Below are positions 1 to 14,009 of a stretch of 64,000 nt of DNA, in pieces. This DNA comes from Hypanus sabinus. Lineage: Eukaryota. The notes under the pieces were generated by a model, which was not told the origin of the DNA, searched no databases, and worked only from the letters and a program-made list of their open reading frames with translations. Numbering within the stretch: position 1 is the stretch's first letter; every line of letters begins with the position of its first letter. Position numbers and translations under genes: made by a program. The stretch is taken from NCBI RefSeq assembly GCF_030144855.1, contig NC_082721.1:42966001-43030000 (forward strand), read 5' to 3'.

Positions 1-900
1 TTTTACATCAGACATATCTCTTGTGATCCATATGATTTTATGATCTACTTCAGTAATACTATGCAGATCTAGGCATGATAGCTAACCTTTGTCAAGACTC
101 TGTGTTGTTTAATTCTGTTTCACATTCCGGTCACTTTATGTACCTGCTTAGTTTTGTGTCTGAAACTTTTCACTTGGTGATTTTTCACTTTGGTTGTGGT
201 TTTTACCTGACTTGTACGCTCACTCTATATGACCTTGTCGATAATACTTTCTGCAAACTTTTTCCTTGAATGAACAGCTATTTGCATCATGGGAGGATTT
301 GTCACCGATAGCATTTTTGGATTTTTGTACCATTCAGGGGCATTTTGTTGGTTTCATGTTCTCAACTCCTTTTCTGTAGTTCTGCTGCATCCTTTGCTGC
401 AGTCTCAAACAATATTGCAATGGTCAATGCCTGTTCTATGGTTAGGTCACTTTCTGTCAGCAGCCTCTTTTGAGTGCTTCAACTGTGCATGCCCATACAA
501 GGCTGTCCCTTAATGCATCAGAAAGTCCATCTCTAAAGTCTCAGTATTGGGATCATTTGCCAAGTTCTACAATGTATTCAGAAACGTTTTCATCTTTGAT
601 TGGTTCCTTATGTGAAACCGTAATCTCTCAGCTATTACCAAAGGTTTAGCACTCACGTGATTTTGTAAATTGTAACAATTTCATTGAATGCCTTGCTTAC
701 TGGCTTTTGTGTAAGTAAGTTGTGTAAGAGACTGTATGTTCTGGCACCTGTTAATCTAAGAATTGTGGGGGCTTTCTTTTCCTCACCCACGCTGTTCATG
801 TTACAATTCAGTTCAACCCTCTCACTATATGACTCCCATTGCTCTTTAGCGCTACGAAATTCATCAACTTTCCTGACTGAATTCATCACCACATTATTTT
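1..900 (-). mobile_element. Degenerate Ty3/Gypsy LTR retrotransposon gag region (continues beyond window start)
   Basis: ORF 653-892 (KVDEFRSAKEQWESYSERVEL...TILRLTGARTYSLLHNLLT) resembles the Gag N-terminus of vertebrate Gypsy elements. There is a decayed zinc-knuckle-like stretch near 220-260 and many stops. Confidence 0.7.
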
Positions 901-1279
901 CACTTTAACTTTGCTGGTTGTGGCTTTCACTGTATACTGTGCAGTTACTCGTGTGTCCCTTTATTAGTGTCCGTGATGGCCTACTCCATACTGTCTAACT
1001 TTTTCCTCTCGGTGTTTCATCTTGTAATCATCCCACAACTGTTGGAGCAGTTGGTGATACTCTCTGACATTCAAGTTCATACTTGTCACCAATTTTTTGT
1101 GTCTGTGCAATGACATGTCAATTAAATAAAATTACACACGAGATGGTTTTCACAGATGTATTCACATTGCAGTGAGAAAGAGAAGGGAGGTGATCAATAT
1201 GCATATGTCAACAACAGTCCATACATGGAACTGTGTCATTTTTCTTAAAGAAATCAATCCATACATTATGGAAGCACAT

Positions 1280-1535
1280 AGGACCCAAGGGTACAGGCTC
1301 AGAATAGAGGGGCATCCATTTAGAATGGAGATGAGGAGGTATTTCTTTAGCCAGAGTGTGCTGAATCTGTGGAATTCTTTGCCACAGGCCATCTTTATGT
1401 ACATTTAAAGCAAAGAATATGAGGAGAAGGCAGGAGGTTGGGGCCAAGAGGAAAATTGGATCAGTCATAATGAAATGGAGCAGACTCAATTGGTCAAATG
1501 GCCTAATTCTGCTCCCATATCTTATAGTCTTAAGT
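1280..1535 (+). mobile_element. CR1 LINE 3' end fragment
   Basis: Encodes GYRLRIEGHPFRMEMRRYFFSQSVLNLWNS (CR1 ORF2 C-terminus), followed by the 3' UTR motif caaatggcctaattctgctcc. Confidence 0.75.
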
Positions 1536-2492
1536 TTCAGGTTTTAAATGAAAGGAATGGCAATTTGTTGATGATGTAAACTCCAACTCAAACACCAACC
1601 AATACCCCCCCCCCACCAAACATCAGCCAGAACCTCAGTAGCCTGGAGATCAAGTAAGATTTGACTATAGAGAGAGAGTTAGCTGTCCAGGAAGGTGCAC
1701 AGGCACCTGTTCTTGGGCAATGTAATGAGATATATTTCTAGTTGTCCAGGGTTACAAATCAGATCTCAGCCAGAAATTCCACTCTTCTACTCACCCTCAG
1801 TGACTCAGATTGCTGTGAGTGTAAGGAGGGGAGAATGATGCTGGGCTCCTTCACTTCCACTTGTCTGCCCACGCTCTCCATCCAGCTTCCCACAGGCTGA
1901 GTCATCACTGTGTCAGAGTGCAGACCAGAACGACTCACTGGTTTCAGAAACAGGAGGTGGGTTGGGGGTGGGTGGGAATGATTTGACTAAATAAAAGAAT
2001 AAAAGTGAAAAAACACATCTGAAGTTAACTTGACCTTGGATGGATTTAACGTGGATGTTCTTTTGATTGCAGCTGAAAGGGAAACAGGTTTAGAAAATGT
2101 AATGGGAGTGAATTCAGCACCATCCAATTAAACCATCAGTGCAGATTAACATCTCCTTCCAACAGAATTCAGTGAATAATCCTGTGGGGTAAGGCTATTC
2201 AGACAACCAACATGGCAGGATTTCCTAAGCAATTCTTGTTCTGACTGTCACAATTAAAGGTCAGCATCAAAGATAACGTCTCTTTAAACAGCCAGTGCCT
2301 GATTGATTATTAAAGTAAAAACAGATGGAACAGAAACTATTATATTTGGGTAATGGTGTATAAAAGGCAGATGGTAATGCCTTGTTTCATTTCTGGCCAG
2401 CCCCTTGCCTTAAAATAACAGCTCATTTCCTGCTGGGGCTGCAGATGTGTTTTTTTAATGGTTAAATCAGGTTAATTTAACTCAGTGGTTGC

Positions 2493-2598
2493 ATGTCTCT
2501 GTGTGTATCTGTATGTGTGTGTATGTGTTTTGTGTATGTGTGCATGTGTGTATGCATGCATGTGTGTTGTGTGCATGTGTGTGTCTGGGTGTGTGTGT
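2493..2598. repeat. Imperfect (TG)n/(TGCA)n microsatellite
   Basis: Directly visible tgtgtg/tgcatg array. Confidence 0.85.
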
Positions 2599-2619
2599 AG
2601 ATTGACACTTGTGAGTCTG

Positions 2620-3308
2620 TTGGGGTCATCTATTGCATCCGGTGTTCCCGGTGTGGACTCCTCTACCTGACCTGACGCAGATTGGGGGACCACTTCGTCG
2701 AGCACCTCCACTCTGTCCACCTTAACAGACAGGATCTCTTGTTTGCCACCCACTTCACCTCTGCTTTAAATTCTCATTTGGATATGACCATACATGGCCT
2801 CCTCTACTGCCATGATGAGGCCAAACTCAGGTTGGAGGAGCAACACCTCATATATCGTCTGGGTAGTCTCCAGCCCCTTGGCATGAACATTGAATTCTTC
2901 CACTTCCGGTAATTCCCTCACTCTCCCTTCCCCCATCCCAGTTAAACTTTGCCTCCTCCTCCAGCTGCCTATCACCCCTCATGATTCTGCCTTCTTCTAC
3001 TACACATAGTGCTTTCCCCTTACAATCCCTCTTCACCTTTCCTGCCTATCCCCTCCCTGCTTCCCCTCCTCCACCCCTTGATCTTTCCTCTTATTGGTTT
3101 TTCACCTGGCACCTACCAGCCTTCTCCTTTCCACCCTCCCCCCACCTTCTTTATAGCGCCCCTACCCCTCCCTCTTCAGTCCTGACAAAGGGTCTCAGCC
3201 CAAAATGTTCACTGCTCATTTCCATGGATGCTGCCCGACCTGCTGAGTTCCTCCAGCGTGTTGTATGTATCGCTTTGACCACAGCATCTGCAGTGTATTT
3301 TGTGTTTA
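2620..3308 (+). mobile_element. Penelope-like element 3' fragment (GIY-YIG C-terminus plus tail)
   Basis: ORF 2682-2912 (GDHFVEHLHSV...EAKLRLEEQHLIYRLGSLQPLGMNIEF) matches the end of the long Penelope at 58103-61553. The shared tail gatgctgcccgacctgctgagttcctccagc is present. Confidence 0.8.
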
Positions 3309-4093
3309 CAATGCCTACCCCAGTTCCTAAATCCAATAACCAACACCATTTCCACATTCATCTCAGGAAGATCCCATGGAACTTGGAAGAGCCCGGGTCT
3401 CCCCAGTCAAGCAAGAGGGATGTATGAGGTAGAGATGTTGCTTGCACTGTGGTAAAGCTGGCCATTTCTGAGTTACCTGCTCTGAGCTGTTGGGAAACTC
3501 CAAGGACAATCCAGTGAGGGGAGACTATCCAGTAATGGTTAGTCTCAAGACTCTTTCCCACTTCATTGAGTCCCAGAGTTGTTTTACCATCCCTATTATC
3601 TTGGGGGAGGCATAAACATTCTGTGACAGCCTTGCTAGATTCTGGTACAGCAGTGAATTAATTTGGACATTGGACTGGCAGAGAAAATCTAAATTCCTAA
3701 GGTACACCTCGACCAGCTAATCTCTGCTATGGCCCTGGATGTTAGTCCATTGGAAATTGAACAAATCTTTCACCTTTCTGTCATACTCAACTTGACTATC
3801 GTAAGGCACAAGAAGATGATACATTTCCATTTTATTCATTCTCCAGACAATCCCCTAATTGTTGGTTAGCTCTGGTTAACTCTTCAAAATCTTTGGATTA
3901 ACTGGCTTTCTGGTACCCTTTGGGGTTGAGTGACACTATGCCCATATTGGAGCCTCCCTAAAGGTTCCCAGATGCCATCCCAAAGTTCTGAGATGTCTGT
4001 GTGAGGTTCTGAGAGACCTGCCGAAAGTTAATAGTCGCCTTGTCAAGTTTTCAAGATGCCTGCCTGAGTTTCCGAGTGACCTGCTGGTAACCT

Positions 4094-4490
4094 GGAGCAT
4101 AGAGAGAATGAGGGGAGACTTGATAGAGGTATATAAAATGATGATGGGTACAGATAGAGTGAATGCAAGCAGGCTTTTTCCACTGAGGCTAGGGGAGAAA
4201 AAAACCAGAAGACATGGGTTAAGGGTGAAGAGGGAAAAGTTTATTGGGAACATTGGGGGGGGGGGCTTCTTCACAGAGAGTGGTGGGAGTGTGGAATGAG
4301 CTGCCAGATGAAGTTGTAAATGTGGGCTCACTTTCAACATTTAGGAAAAACTTGGATAGGTACATGGATGAGAGGTGTATGGAGGGATATGGGCCAGGTG
4401 CAGGTCAGTGGGATGAGGTGGAAAAATGGTTTGGCACAGCCAAGAAGGGCCAAAAGGCCTGTTTCTGTGCTGTAATGTTCTATGGTAACC
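4094..4490 (+). mobile_element. CR1 LINE 3' end fragment
   Basis: MRGDLIEVYKMM...RLFPLRLGEKKTRRHGLRVK...QRVVGVWNELPDEVV; the 3' UTR ends ttctgtgctgtaatgttctatg. Confidence 0.8.
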
Positions 4491-4861
4491 ATGTTGAGTT
4501 ACTTCCTGACTCCTCAAGACTGGATGTGAACTGATCTGAGTTGTCTGGCGTGCCGTCAGACTATTCGTGTTTGCTTTAGGTGGTCAACAAGAGGAGAGTC
4601 ACTATGCTTCTCCCACAAAGGGTCCATGATTGTGGAACATGTCCACCCCAGGAAGGCTCTATACCTCGTCTGTTCCCAAAAGGCAAGCCATGGAGGAATA
4701 TTCCAGTAGTTGTGGATTTATTAACTCGTGATTGGTGCTAGGCATCTCTAATTTTACTCTCTTACCCCTCTGTGTCTGTCAGATAACTGTTTGAAGAATG
4801 ATCTCAGCTTGTAACTTTCTATGGAAGGCATGCAGAAAACTGAATATTTGTTATACTGTAC

Positions 4862-7700
4862 TTACTAATCCAATTTACCACCCCATCATCCAGATTATTA
4901 ATGTATATGATGAACAACACTGGACCCAGTACAGATCCCTGAGGCACACCACTAGTCACGGGCCTCCAACATAACAAACAGTTATCCACAACTACTCTCT
5001 GGCACCTCCCATCCAGCTACTGTTGAACCCATTTTACTACTTCAATATTAATACCTAATGATTGAACCTTCCTGACTAACCTTCCATGTGGAATCTTGTC
5101 AAAGGCCTTACTGAAGTCCATATAGACAACATCCACTGCTTTACCCTTGTCAAATTTCCTAGTAACCTCTTCAAAAAATTCAATAAGATTCATCAAACAT
5201 GAACTTCCACACACAAATCCATGTTGACTGTTCCTAATCAGACCCTGTGTATCCAGATAATTGTATTTACCATCCCTAAGAATACCTTCCATTAACTTAC
5301 CCACCACTGACGTCAAACTTACAGGCCTATAATTGCTAGGTTTACTCTTAGAACCCTTTTTAAACAATGGAACAACATGAGCAATATGCCAATCCTCTGG
5401 CACCATCCCAGTTTCTAATGATATTTGAAATATTTCTGTCAGAGCCCCTGCTATTTCTACACTAACTTCTCTCAAGGTCCGAGGGAATATCCTGTCAGGA
5501 CCTGGAAACTTATCCACTTTTATATTACTTAAAAGCACTAGGACTTCCTCTTCTTTAATCAACATGGTTTCCATAACTTCCCTACTTGCTTCCCTTACTT
5601 ACACAATTCAATATCCTTCTCCTTAGTGAATACCGAAGAAAACAAATTTTTCAAAATCTCCCCCATCTCTTCTGGCTCCACACATAGCTGTCCACTCTGA
5701 TTCTCTAAGGGACCAATTTTATCCCTCACTATCCTTTTGCTATTAATGTAACTGTAGAAACCCTTTGGATTTATTTTCACCTTACTTGCCAAAGCAACCG
5801 CATATCTTCTTTTAGCTTTTCTAATTTCTTTCTTAAGATTCTTTATGTTCCTCGAGCACCTCATTTATTCCATGCTGCCAATATTTATTGTATCTCTCTT
5901 TTTCTGAACCAAGTTTCCCATATCCCTGGAAAACTATGGTTTTCTCAAACTTTTAACCTTTGCTTTCAACCTAACAGGAACATGAAGATTCTGTACCCCC
6001 AAAATTTCACCTTTAAATGACCTCCATTTCTCAATTACATCCTTCTCATAAAACAAATGGTCCCAATCTACTCCTTCTAAATCCTTTCACATCTCCTCAA
6101 AGTCAGCCTTTCTCCAATCAAGAATCTCAACCCTGGGTCCAGTCCTATCCTTCTCCATAATTATACTGAAACTAATTGCATTGTGATCACTGGACCCGGT
6201 GCTCCCCAACACATCAGTCACCTGACCTATCTCATTCCCTAACAGGAGATCCAACACTGCCCCTTCTCTAGTTGCTACCTCTATGTATTGCTGCAAAAAA
6301 CTATCCTGCACACATTTTACAAACTCCAGCCCTTTTACAGTATGGGCTTCCCAGACTAAGTGTGGAAAATTAAAATCTTCCACAATCACAACCCTGTGCT
6401 TACTACAAATATCTGCTATCTCCTTATAAATTTGCTCATTCAATTCTCGCTCCACATGAGATGGTCTATAATACATCCCTATAAGTATTACTACACCTTT
6501 CCCATTCCTCAATTCCACCCAAATAGCCTCCTTAGATGAGCCCTCTAATTTATCCTGCCAGAGCACAGCTGTAATATTTTCTCTGACAAGCAGCGCAACA
6601 CCTCCCCCTCTTGTCCCTCTGATTCTATCACACCTGAAGCAATGAAATCCAAGAATATTTAGTTTCACACCCCTCTTGCAACCAAGTTTCACTAATAGCT
6701 ACAACATCATATTTCCAGGTATCAATCCATGCTCTAAGCTCATCCACCTTTCTTACAATGCTCCTAGCATTAAAATAAATGCATTTAAGAAATTCTCCAT
6801 CTCTTACTCTCTGTTTATCACTAATGGCGTAAACAACTTTACTATCTTCTTATTCTTCCTTCTCCCATACATCTGCTCCTACACTCTGGTTCCCCTCCCT
6901 CCCTTGTATCTATTTTAAATCCACTGGAGCCTCTCTAGCAAACCTACCTGCAAGAATATTTGCCCCCCTCCAGTTCAGATGTAAACCATCCTGCTGGAAC
7001 AGGTCCCACTTTCCCTGGAAAACTGCCCAATTATCTATAAGCCTGAAGCCCTCCCTCCTGCACCATGTCTTCAGCCACGTGTTGATCTGCACTATCTTAC
7101 TATTTCTAAACCCGTCTGCATGTGGCACTGGTAGCAATCCTGAGATTGCTATCCTGGAGGTCCTATTCTTCAACTTGGTGCCTAACTCCCTAAACTCACC
7201 TTTCAGGACCTCCTCACTCTTCCTACACACGTCATTGGTCCCGACAAGGACCATGACATCTGGCTGCTCACCTTCCCTCTTGAAAATACCGAGAACTCAA
7301 TCCGAGATATTACGGATCCTGGCACCTGGGAGGCAACAGACCATCCAGGATTCTCGATCTCTTCCACAGATCCTCTTAACATCCCTTACTATCAAATCTC
7401 CTATCACTACTGCTCTCCTCTTTTCCCTCCTTCTCTTCTGAGCTGAGGATCCAGTCTCGGTGCCAGAGACGCAACCACTGCAACTTGTCCCTGGTAGGTC
7501 ATCCACATCAATAGTATCCAAAATGATATATTATTGGTGGGAACAGTCACAGGGGTGCTCTGCTCATTCTGTCTAATCCCTTTCCCTCTCCTGACAGTCA
7601 CCCAGCTACCTGTCTTCTGAGTCTTAGGGGTGATGTCAGAACTGGCCATTCCAGTGGAGAATTCACATTTGAAAATCATCATCCTTCCACCAAACTCTTA
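4862..7700 (-). mobile_element. CR1 LINE (ORF1 esterase, ORF2 endonuclease and partial RT), 3'-truncated and frameshifted
   Basis: ORF1 SGNH-type motif VLVGTNDV...ISGLLPVPH (6910-7254); APE endonuclease (6087-6692, SSDHNAISF); RT motifs NYRPVSLTSVVGK and VYMDFSKAFDK (5017-5574). Confidence 0.9.
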
Positions 7701-7715
7701 ATGCTCCATGTCTGT

Positions 7716-9120
7716 TATAGACAATAGACAATAGGTGCAGAAGTAGACCATTTGGCCCTTCGAGCCTGCACTGCCATTTTGAGATCATGGCTGATCATCT
7801 ACTATCAATACCCGGTTCCTGCCTTGTCCCCATATCCCTTGATTCCCCTATCCATATGATACCTATCTAGCTCCTTCTTGAAAGCATCCAGAGAATTGGC
7901 CTCCACTACCTTCCGAGGCAGTGCATTCCAGACCCCCACAACTCTCTGGGAGAAGAAGTTTTTCCTTAACTCTGTCCTAAATGACTTACCCCTTATTCTC
8001 AAACCATGCCATCTGGTACTGGGCTCTCCCAGCATCTGGAACATATTTCCTGCCTCTATCTTGTCCAATCCCTTAATAATCTTATATGTTTCAATCAGAT
8101 CCCCTCTCAATCTCCTTAATTCCAGCATGTACAAGCCCAGTCTCTCTAACCTCTCTACATAAGACAGACCAGACATCCCAGGAATTAACCTCGTGAATCT
8201 ATGCTGCACTTCCTCTACAGCCAGGATGACCTTCCTTAACCCTGGAGACCAAAACTGTACACAATACTCCAGGTGTGGTCTCACCAGGGCTCTGTACAAA
8301 TGCAAGAGGATTTCCTTGCTTTTGTACTCAATTCCCTTTGTAATAAAGGCCAACATTCCATTAGCCTTCTTCACTGCCTGCTGCACTTGCTCATTCACCT
8401 TCAGTGACTGCTGAACAAGGACTCCTAGATCTCTTTGCATTTCTCCCTTACCTAACTCTACAGCGTTCAGATAATAATCTGCCTTCCTGTTCTTACTCCC
8501 AAAGTGGATAACCTCACACTTATTCACATTAAACATCATCTGCCAAGTATCTGCCCACTCACTCAGCCTATCCAAGTCACCCTGAATTCTCCTAACATCC
8601 TCATCACATGTCACACTGCCACCCAGCTTAGTATCATCAGCAAATTTGCTGATGTTATTCTCAATGCCTTCATCTAAATCGTTGACGTAAATTGTAAACA
8701 GCTGTGATCCTAATACTGAGCCCTGTGGCGCCCCACTAGTCACCACCTGCCATTCCGAGAAACACCCATTCACCGCTACTCTTTGCTTTCTATCTGCCAA
8801 CCAGTATTCTATCCATGTCAATGTCTTCCCTCCTATGCCATGAGCTTTGATTTTACCCACCAATCTCCTATGTGGGACCTTATCAAATGCCTTCTGAACA
8901 TTGAGGTATACTACATCCACTGGATCTCCCCCATCTAACTTCCTGGTTACATCCTCGAAAAACTCCAACAGATTAGTCAAGCATGATTTACCCTTGGTAA
9001 ATCCATGCTGGCTCCGCTCAATCCTATCACTGCTATCTAGATATGTCACTATTTCATTCTTAATAATGGACTCTAGCATCTTCCCCACCACTGATGTCAG
9101 GCTGACAGGTCGATAGTTCT
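7716..9120 (-). mobile_element. Young 5'-truncated CR1 LINE with uninterrupted 428-aa RT/C-terminal ORF
   Basis: ORF 7805-9091 contains QGSVLG, FADD and RRLRGDLIETYK. A tandem tail (atagacaatagacaatagg on +) marks the 3' end. Confidence 0.92.
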
Positions 9121-9483
9121 AAGCTCATTACAATTCACAAATCTCTCTGTGGGAGTATGAGTTCGGTAAAGTTAACAAGTTGCTTATCTTGGACAGAAAA
9201 CCTGCCAACTCAGTCTTGCTTTAGATTCTAGTGAGCCAGGACAGAAAAGACTACTTAACACAGTTGAGAAACATACTTGATCTTGAAGTTGACAAATTGA
9301 TGAATTGTGAGCATATTTCAATAAATCCCTATTTATCAAAGGAAGGTCTTAAATATCCTGTGTATGAGCATGGTAAGTATGGATTATTGTATCGACAAAT
9401 TCTATTATATTAAATCTATCTACACATTAACACCGTGGTCAGTGACATACATCTCCTTGAATCCATTGCTCCATGTATTACAT

Positions 9484-9880
9484 TCAGTTCTGGTCATCCC
9501 ATTATAGGAAGGATGTGCAGGCTTTAGAAAGGGTACAGCAGGTTTTCCAGGATGCTGCCTAAAGTTAAGAGCAGGTGCTATAATGAGCAGTTGCGCAAAT
9601 CTGGTATACTTGTCCCATGGTTAGTTTCATACTTGGCGGCATGCATTTATGGTGAGAGGAGTATGCTTAAAGGAGATTTGCAGGGCATATGTTTACACAA
9701 AGAGTGGGGGAGTACCTAGAATGCGCTGCCAGAGTTGGTAGTGGGGGCATATCTGATAAGAGGTAGGCACATGAATTTGCAGAGAAGGAAGGCATTGTGT
9801 AGGCAGAAAGGAATTGTTTAGTTAGGCATTAATTAACATGGCTCAAAAAGTCAATTTCTGTTCTGTGCCATTCTCTGTTC
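9484..9880 (+). mobile_element. Highly degenerate CR1 3' fragment
   Basis: cagttctggtcatcccattataggaaggatgtg...ttttccaggatgctgcct resembles the QFWSPHYRKDV...RFTRMLP region. Confidence 0.55.
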
Positions 9881-10619
9881 CTTTCCTATTATAACAGAAT
9901 CCAAATATCTCCATCTCTATGTGACTTGAGACACTATGGATTTACAGATTTATGATCTGGTTTTGAATTATCCAGTGTGTGATCAATAATGAATATCAAT
10001 GATGCAGTGTGTTGGAGCTTCATTCAGAATAATTGCTCCACTGGAGTAAATTATTTCATTTGGTTCCACCAGTCTCTGACATCTTGAATGTCCTTGCAGC
10101 TCAAGATAGCTTTAAGATCTGTGACTTTAATCCTTTAAATAAACTTTCCTGTAAACAAATTAAATCAAGGGGTGAAAAAATACCGTGGACTCCATCAGAA
10201 CAAAATGCAGGAACTGGCCTTTATAATTTTCCTCTGTGTACGTCAGATAGAGCTGTTGTCATTCTAAACATATACCAAGCTTCTGGAGGAATATTTCAGA
10301 TATCAAAGCATAGAACTGAAGGAAATAAAAGATACCGAGGCAGGTGGATGAACAGAAAGACAAGATATTTGTGTGGCAATTGTAAAGATTTGGATGTCTT
10401 GGAGACAAGGCAGTTAGTGGCATGGAAAATGTATCAAAGAGTTACAAGATGGAAAGTTAAAGGAGGAGACAGAGTGATAGAGAGAGATACATGATGTAAA
10501 GAATGAGAATTTTAAATTAGAGACAAGGTACTGAAGTAGGTCAAGTATAGCGGGATAAACTGTCACTGGATTCTGATGGAGCATCTTAATTGTATCATTG
10601 AAAGTGATGTCTATTTTGC

Positions 10620-11270
10620 TGGCAAGGACAACATTTATTGCCCTTCTTCAGTTAGAGAAGATGTACTTGATGAGCAGCCTTTTCAAACCTTCCAAATCTG
10701 TGTAATGTATATACTTGTACACTGATATTGGGCTGAAAGTTCCAGTGCCAATACCAGAGACAACAAAGAAACTGTTCAGGATAATGAATGATATTGGAGT
10801 GAAGGGAGGGGTGTGGGGAAGGGGAATCTTGCTCACCTTGTTCCCATGTGCTGCTCTCTCTCGACCTTTGTGATGGTGCACGTCATTTGTTTTAATGATG
10901 CTGCTGAAGAAGCCTTGCAGTGAAACTCGATCCTCACTCATGCAGACTGATGCCAACAAGGCTCCGACCACAGTAGCCATGGATTTCACTAACAGCATGG
11001 TCCTTAATGTAATAATCAGGTGTTAAATCTGTCCTTAAGCAGTTTGCTAGAGTTTGTGGAATAAATCTGCTGTCATTCCTTTCCCCAGCTGACTCTCCAA
11101 TCATTATTCTGCAATTCATCAACCCACTGGTTTGGGCTGCAGTTGCTTTTGGTACAGATTAAAATGGAACCCACTGGTCCTAGGGCTGCCCAGGTTTAGG
11201 TAGCATGTGAGGCATGCCATGCAGTGTTGATACTGCACAGCTTTAGTGAACTGGATTTGATCCTGAGCTT
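10620..11270. mobile_element. Degenerate non-LTR retrotransposon (CR1/L2-like) fragment
   Basis: The acatttattgccc...agaag motif is shared with a similar decayed copy at about 55690-55990. Confidence 0.4.
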
Positions 11271-11399
11271 ATCCATGTGAAACTTGTATATTCTCTCTGT
11301 GACCACTTGAGTTTCCTATTGATGCTCCAACTGCCTTGCACAGTGCGAATATGGTTCCGTAAATTGCCACTTAGCGCAATGAAACAACAAAAGAATCAA

Positions 11400-11760
11400 A
11401 AGATATTTGATGGTAGTAATTGTAATAGTCAGAATGGCTTTCTGGAGGACAGATCATGCCTTACATAATAGACTGAGGTATTTAGGAAGGTGAGAAAGGT
11501 GACTGATGAGGGTACAGTAGTAGATGTTGTCTATGTAACTTTTAGGAAGGCATTTGTAAAGCTCTTTCAGGGTAGCCTGATCCAGAAGATTAATTTTCTT
11601 GAGATCCATGATGCATTTGTTTTAAATTTGATTGGCCATAGAAGAGAGAGGATAGTAGTGGAAAGGTAATAACCATTTTGGAGGATTATGGCCAGTGGTG
11701 TTCCCCAGAGATCAGTGCTGGGAGCTCCATTGTTTACAATGTCCAGAAAAGGACTAGGAT
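11400..11760 (+). mobile_element. Degenerate CR1 RT fragment
   Basis: gtagatgttgtctatgtaacttttaggaaggcatttg (VDVVY...FRKAF) and ccagagatcagtgctgggag (QGSVLG-like). Confidence 0.6.
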
Positions 11761-11812
11761 GAAAATACAGTGTGGCAAATTAGTAGGGTTGCAGATGGCA
11801 AAAGGAATATGA

Positions 11813-12460
11813 CAAACAAGAAAAAATCTGCCGATGCTGGAAATCCGAGCAGCACACAAAAAGTGCTGGAGGAACTCAGCAGGCCAGGCAGCATCGATGG
11901 AAAAAAGTACATCTGCCATTTCAGGCCAAAGCCCTTCTGGAGAAAAAAAGCTGAGGAGTAGATTTAAAAGGTGGTGATAGTGGAGAGAAAACCATCAGAT
12001 GACAGGTGAAACCTGGAGGGGGAGGGATGAAGTAAAGAGCTGGGAATTTGATTAGTGAGATGACGTGAGATGGTAAAGGGGATGGGTAATGGGGGGGGGG
12101 TGTGGCGATGTTGTGAGGCATTATCAGACATTTTAGAAACTGATATTCATGCCAGATAGTTGGACACCACCCAAACAGAATATAAGTTGTTGTTCCTCCA
12201 ACCTAACTGTGGCCTCATCACTACAGTGGAGGAGGCCATGGATGGACATTTTGGAATGGGAATTAGAAGTGGAACTATAATGTGTGGCTACTGGGAGATC
12301 CCACTTGTTCTGGTGGATGGAGTATAGACGCTCAGTGAAGCGGTCTCCCAATATACGTTGGGCTCACTGATGTGCAAAAGGCCATACCAGGAACACCAAA
12401 TGCAGTAAGTGACCCCAAAAGATTCACAGATGAAGTGTTGCCTCACCTGAACGGAATTCA
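11813..12460 (-). mobile_element. Penelope-like element 3' fragment
   Basis: ORF 12133-12351 (GDRFTERLYSI...EATVRLEEQQLIFCLG) plus the shared tail. Confidence 0.75.
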
Positions 12461-12539
12461 AGAAGTGTTTGCAGTTCACCAAATGTGATCTCACCTGTGC
12501 CTCTTTCATTAGAAACACAGAATGCTGAATTCAAATAAG

Positions 12540-13620
12540 CTACCTGGACTTGATAGATAGGCCACCTGAGCTAGATTGAGTTCACTCCAGGGTTCTGATA
12601 GTGGTAACTGATAAGATAATGGAGGCATCAATCATCATCTTTCAAGAATCATTAAATTCTGGGATGGTTTTGGAGGACTGTAAAACTGCAAGTGTCACAC
12701 CACTCTTTAATAAGGGAGGGATGCAAATGACAGGAAATTATAAACTATTTAGTCTGACTTCAGTGATTGGCAAGATGTTAGAATCCATTCTCAAGGATCA
12801 GGTTTTGGGCTACTTGCAGACACATGATAAAATAGGCTGAAGTTAGCAAGGTGTCCTAAAATCTTGCCTGAAAAATCAGTTGGAATTATTTGAGGAAATA
12901 CAGCAAGATAGACAAAGGAGAGTCAGTGTAAGCTTTTCCTTGGATTTTCTGAAGTCCTTGACAAGGTGCCACACATGCGGCTGCTGAACAAGCTATGAGC
13001 TTATGGTATTAAAAGATACTAGCATGGATAGATGATTGGCTGACTGGCAGAAGGCAAAGAATGGGGCTAAAGAGGGCTCTTATTGGTTGCCTTCCCATGA
13101 CTGGTGGGGTTCCATAGGGGTTAGTGTTGGGACTGCATCTTTTCAGGTTATGTCAATGATTTAGATGAAGAAATTGACAGCTTTATGACAAAACTTGTGG
13201 ATGATACTTGAGTTCAGAAGAATGAGGGGATTTAATTGAAACCAATTGAATATTGAACATCCTAGTACAGTTGACATGGAGAGGATGTTTCCAATAGTGG
13301 GAGAATGTGGGACAAGGGCAGGGAGCACAGCCTCATATCTTAAAGATGCCCCTTTACAGCAGAGATGAAAAGGAATTTCTTTAGCCAGAGGGTGGTGAAT
13401 CTGAGGAGTTTATTGCCACAGAAGACAATGGAGGTCACATGAATGGGTATATTTAAAGCAGAAGTTGATAGGTTTTTGATTAGTAAGGGCATCAAAGCGT
13501 ACAGAGTGAAGGCAGGAGAATGGGTTGAGAAGGATAATGAATCAACCATAGAAGAACAGACTTGATGGGCCAAATGGCCTAATTCTGCTCCTATATCGTA
13601 TAGACTTATGGTGATCTTAC
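12540..13620 (+). mobile_element. Degenerate CR1 ORF2 with internal deletions
   Basis: TASVTPLFNKG...NYKLFSLTSVIGKMLESI at 12601-12840; CR1 3' UTR at about 13560-13610. Confidence 0.75.
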
Positions 13621-14009
13621 AGTGAAAAGAAGGTTGTTAATGAAGCAGCAGGTTGAAAGTACTCCATGAGGAACTGCTGCAGTGATATCCTGGGACCGGG
13701 ATGTTTGATGTACAACAACCACAACTTATTTCTTATTGTGAGACATGACTCCAGTCACTGGTATGTTTATCTCATGATACCCATTGATTTTAGTGTTACC
13801 TGTACTTGATAGATGTTTGAGGGGAACAGAACAACTCCTAATGTGGTTGCACTCATGGAAACACATTGACCCAATGGGCTGAATGGGCTCATTATGCTTT
13901 TTGATAAGTTCTACCATGAGATCATAGAACATAGGAACAGAGCCATATGGCTCAGCCCACTGAATCTGTGCCACCATTGCATAATGTCTCTGGTCCTAGC
14001 AGAGGAATA

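Noticed and set aside
2472-2753. His/Thr-rich and Cys/Val-rich ORFs
   Set aside because: These are translations of the TG microsatellite plus the adjacent Penelope fragment.
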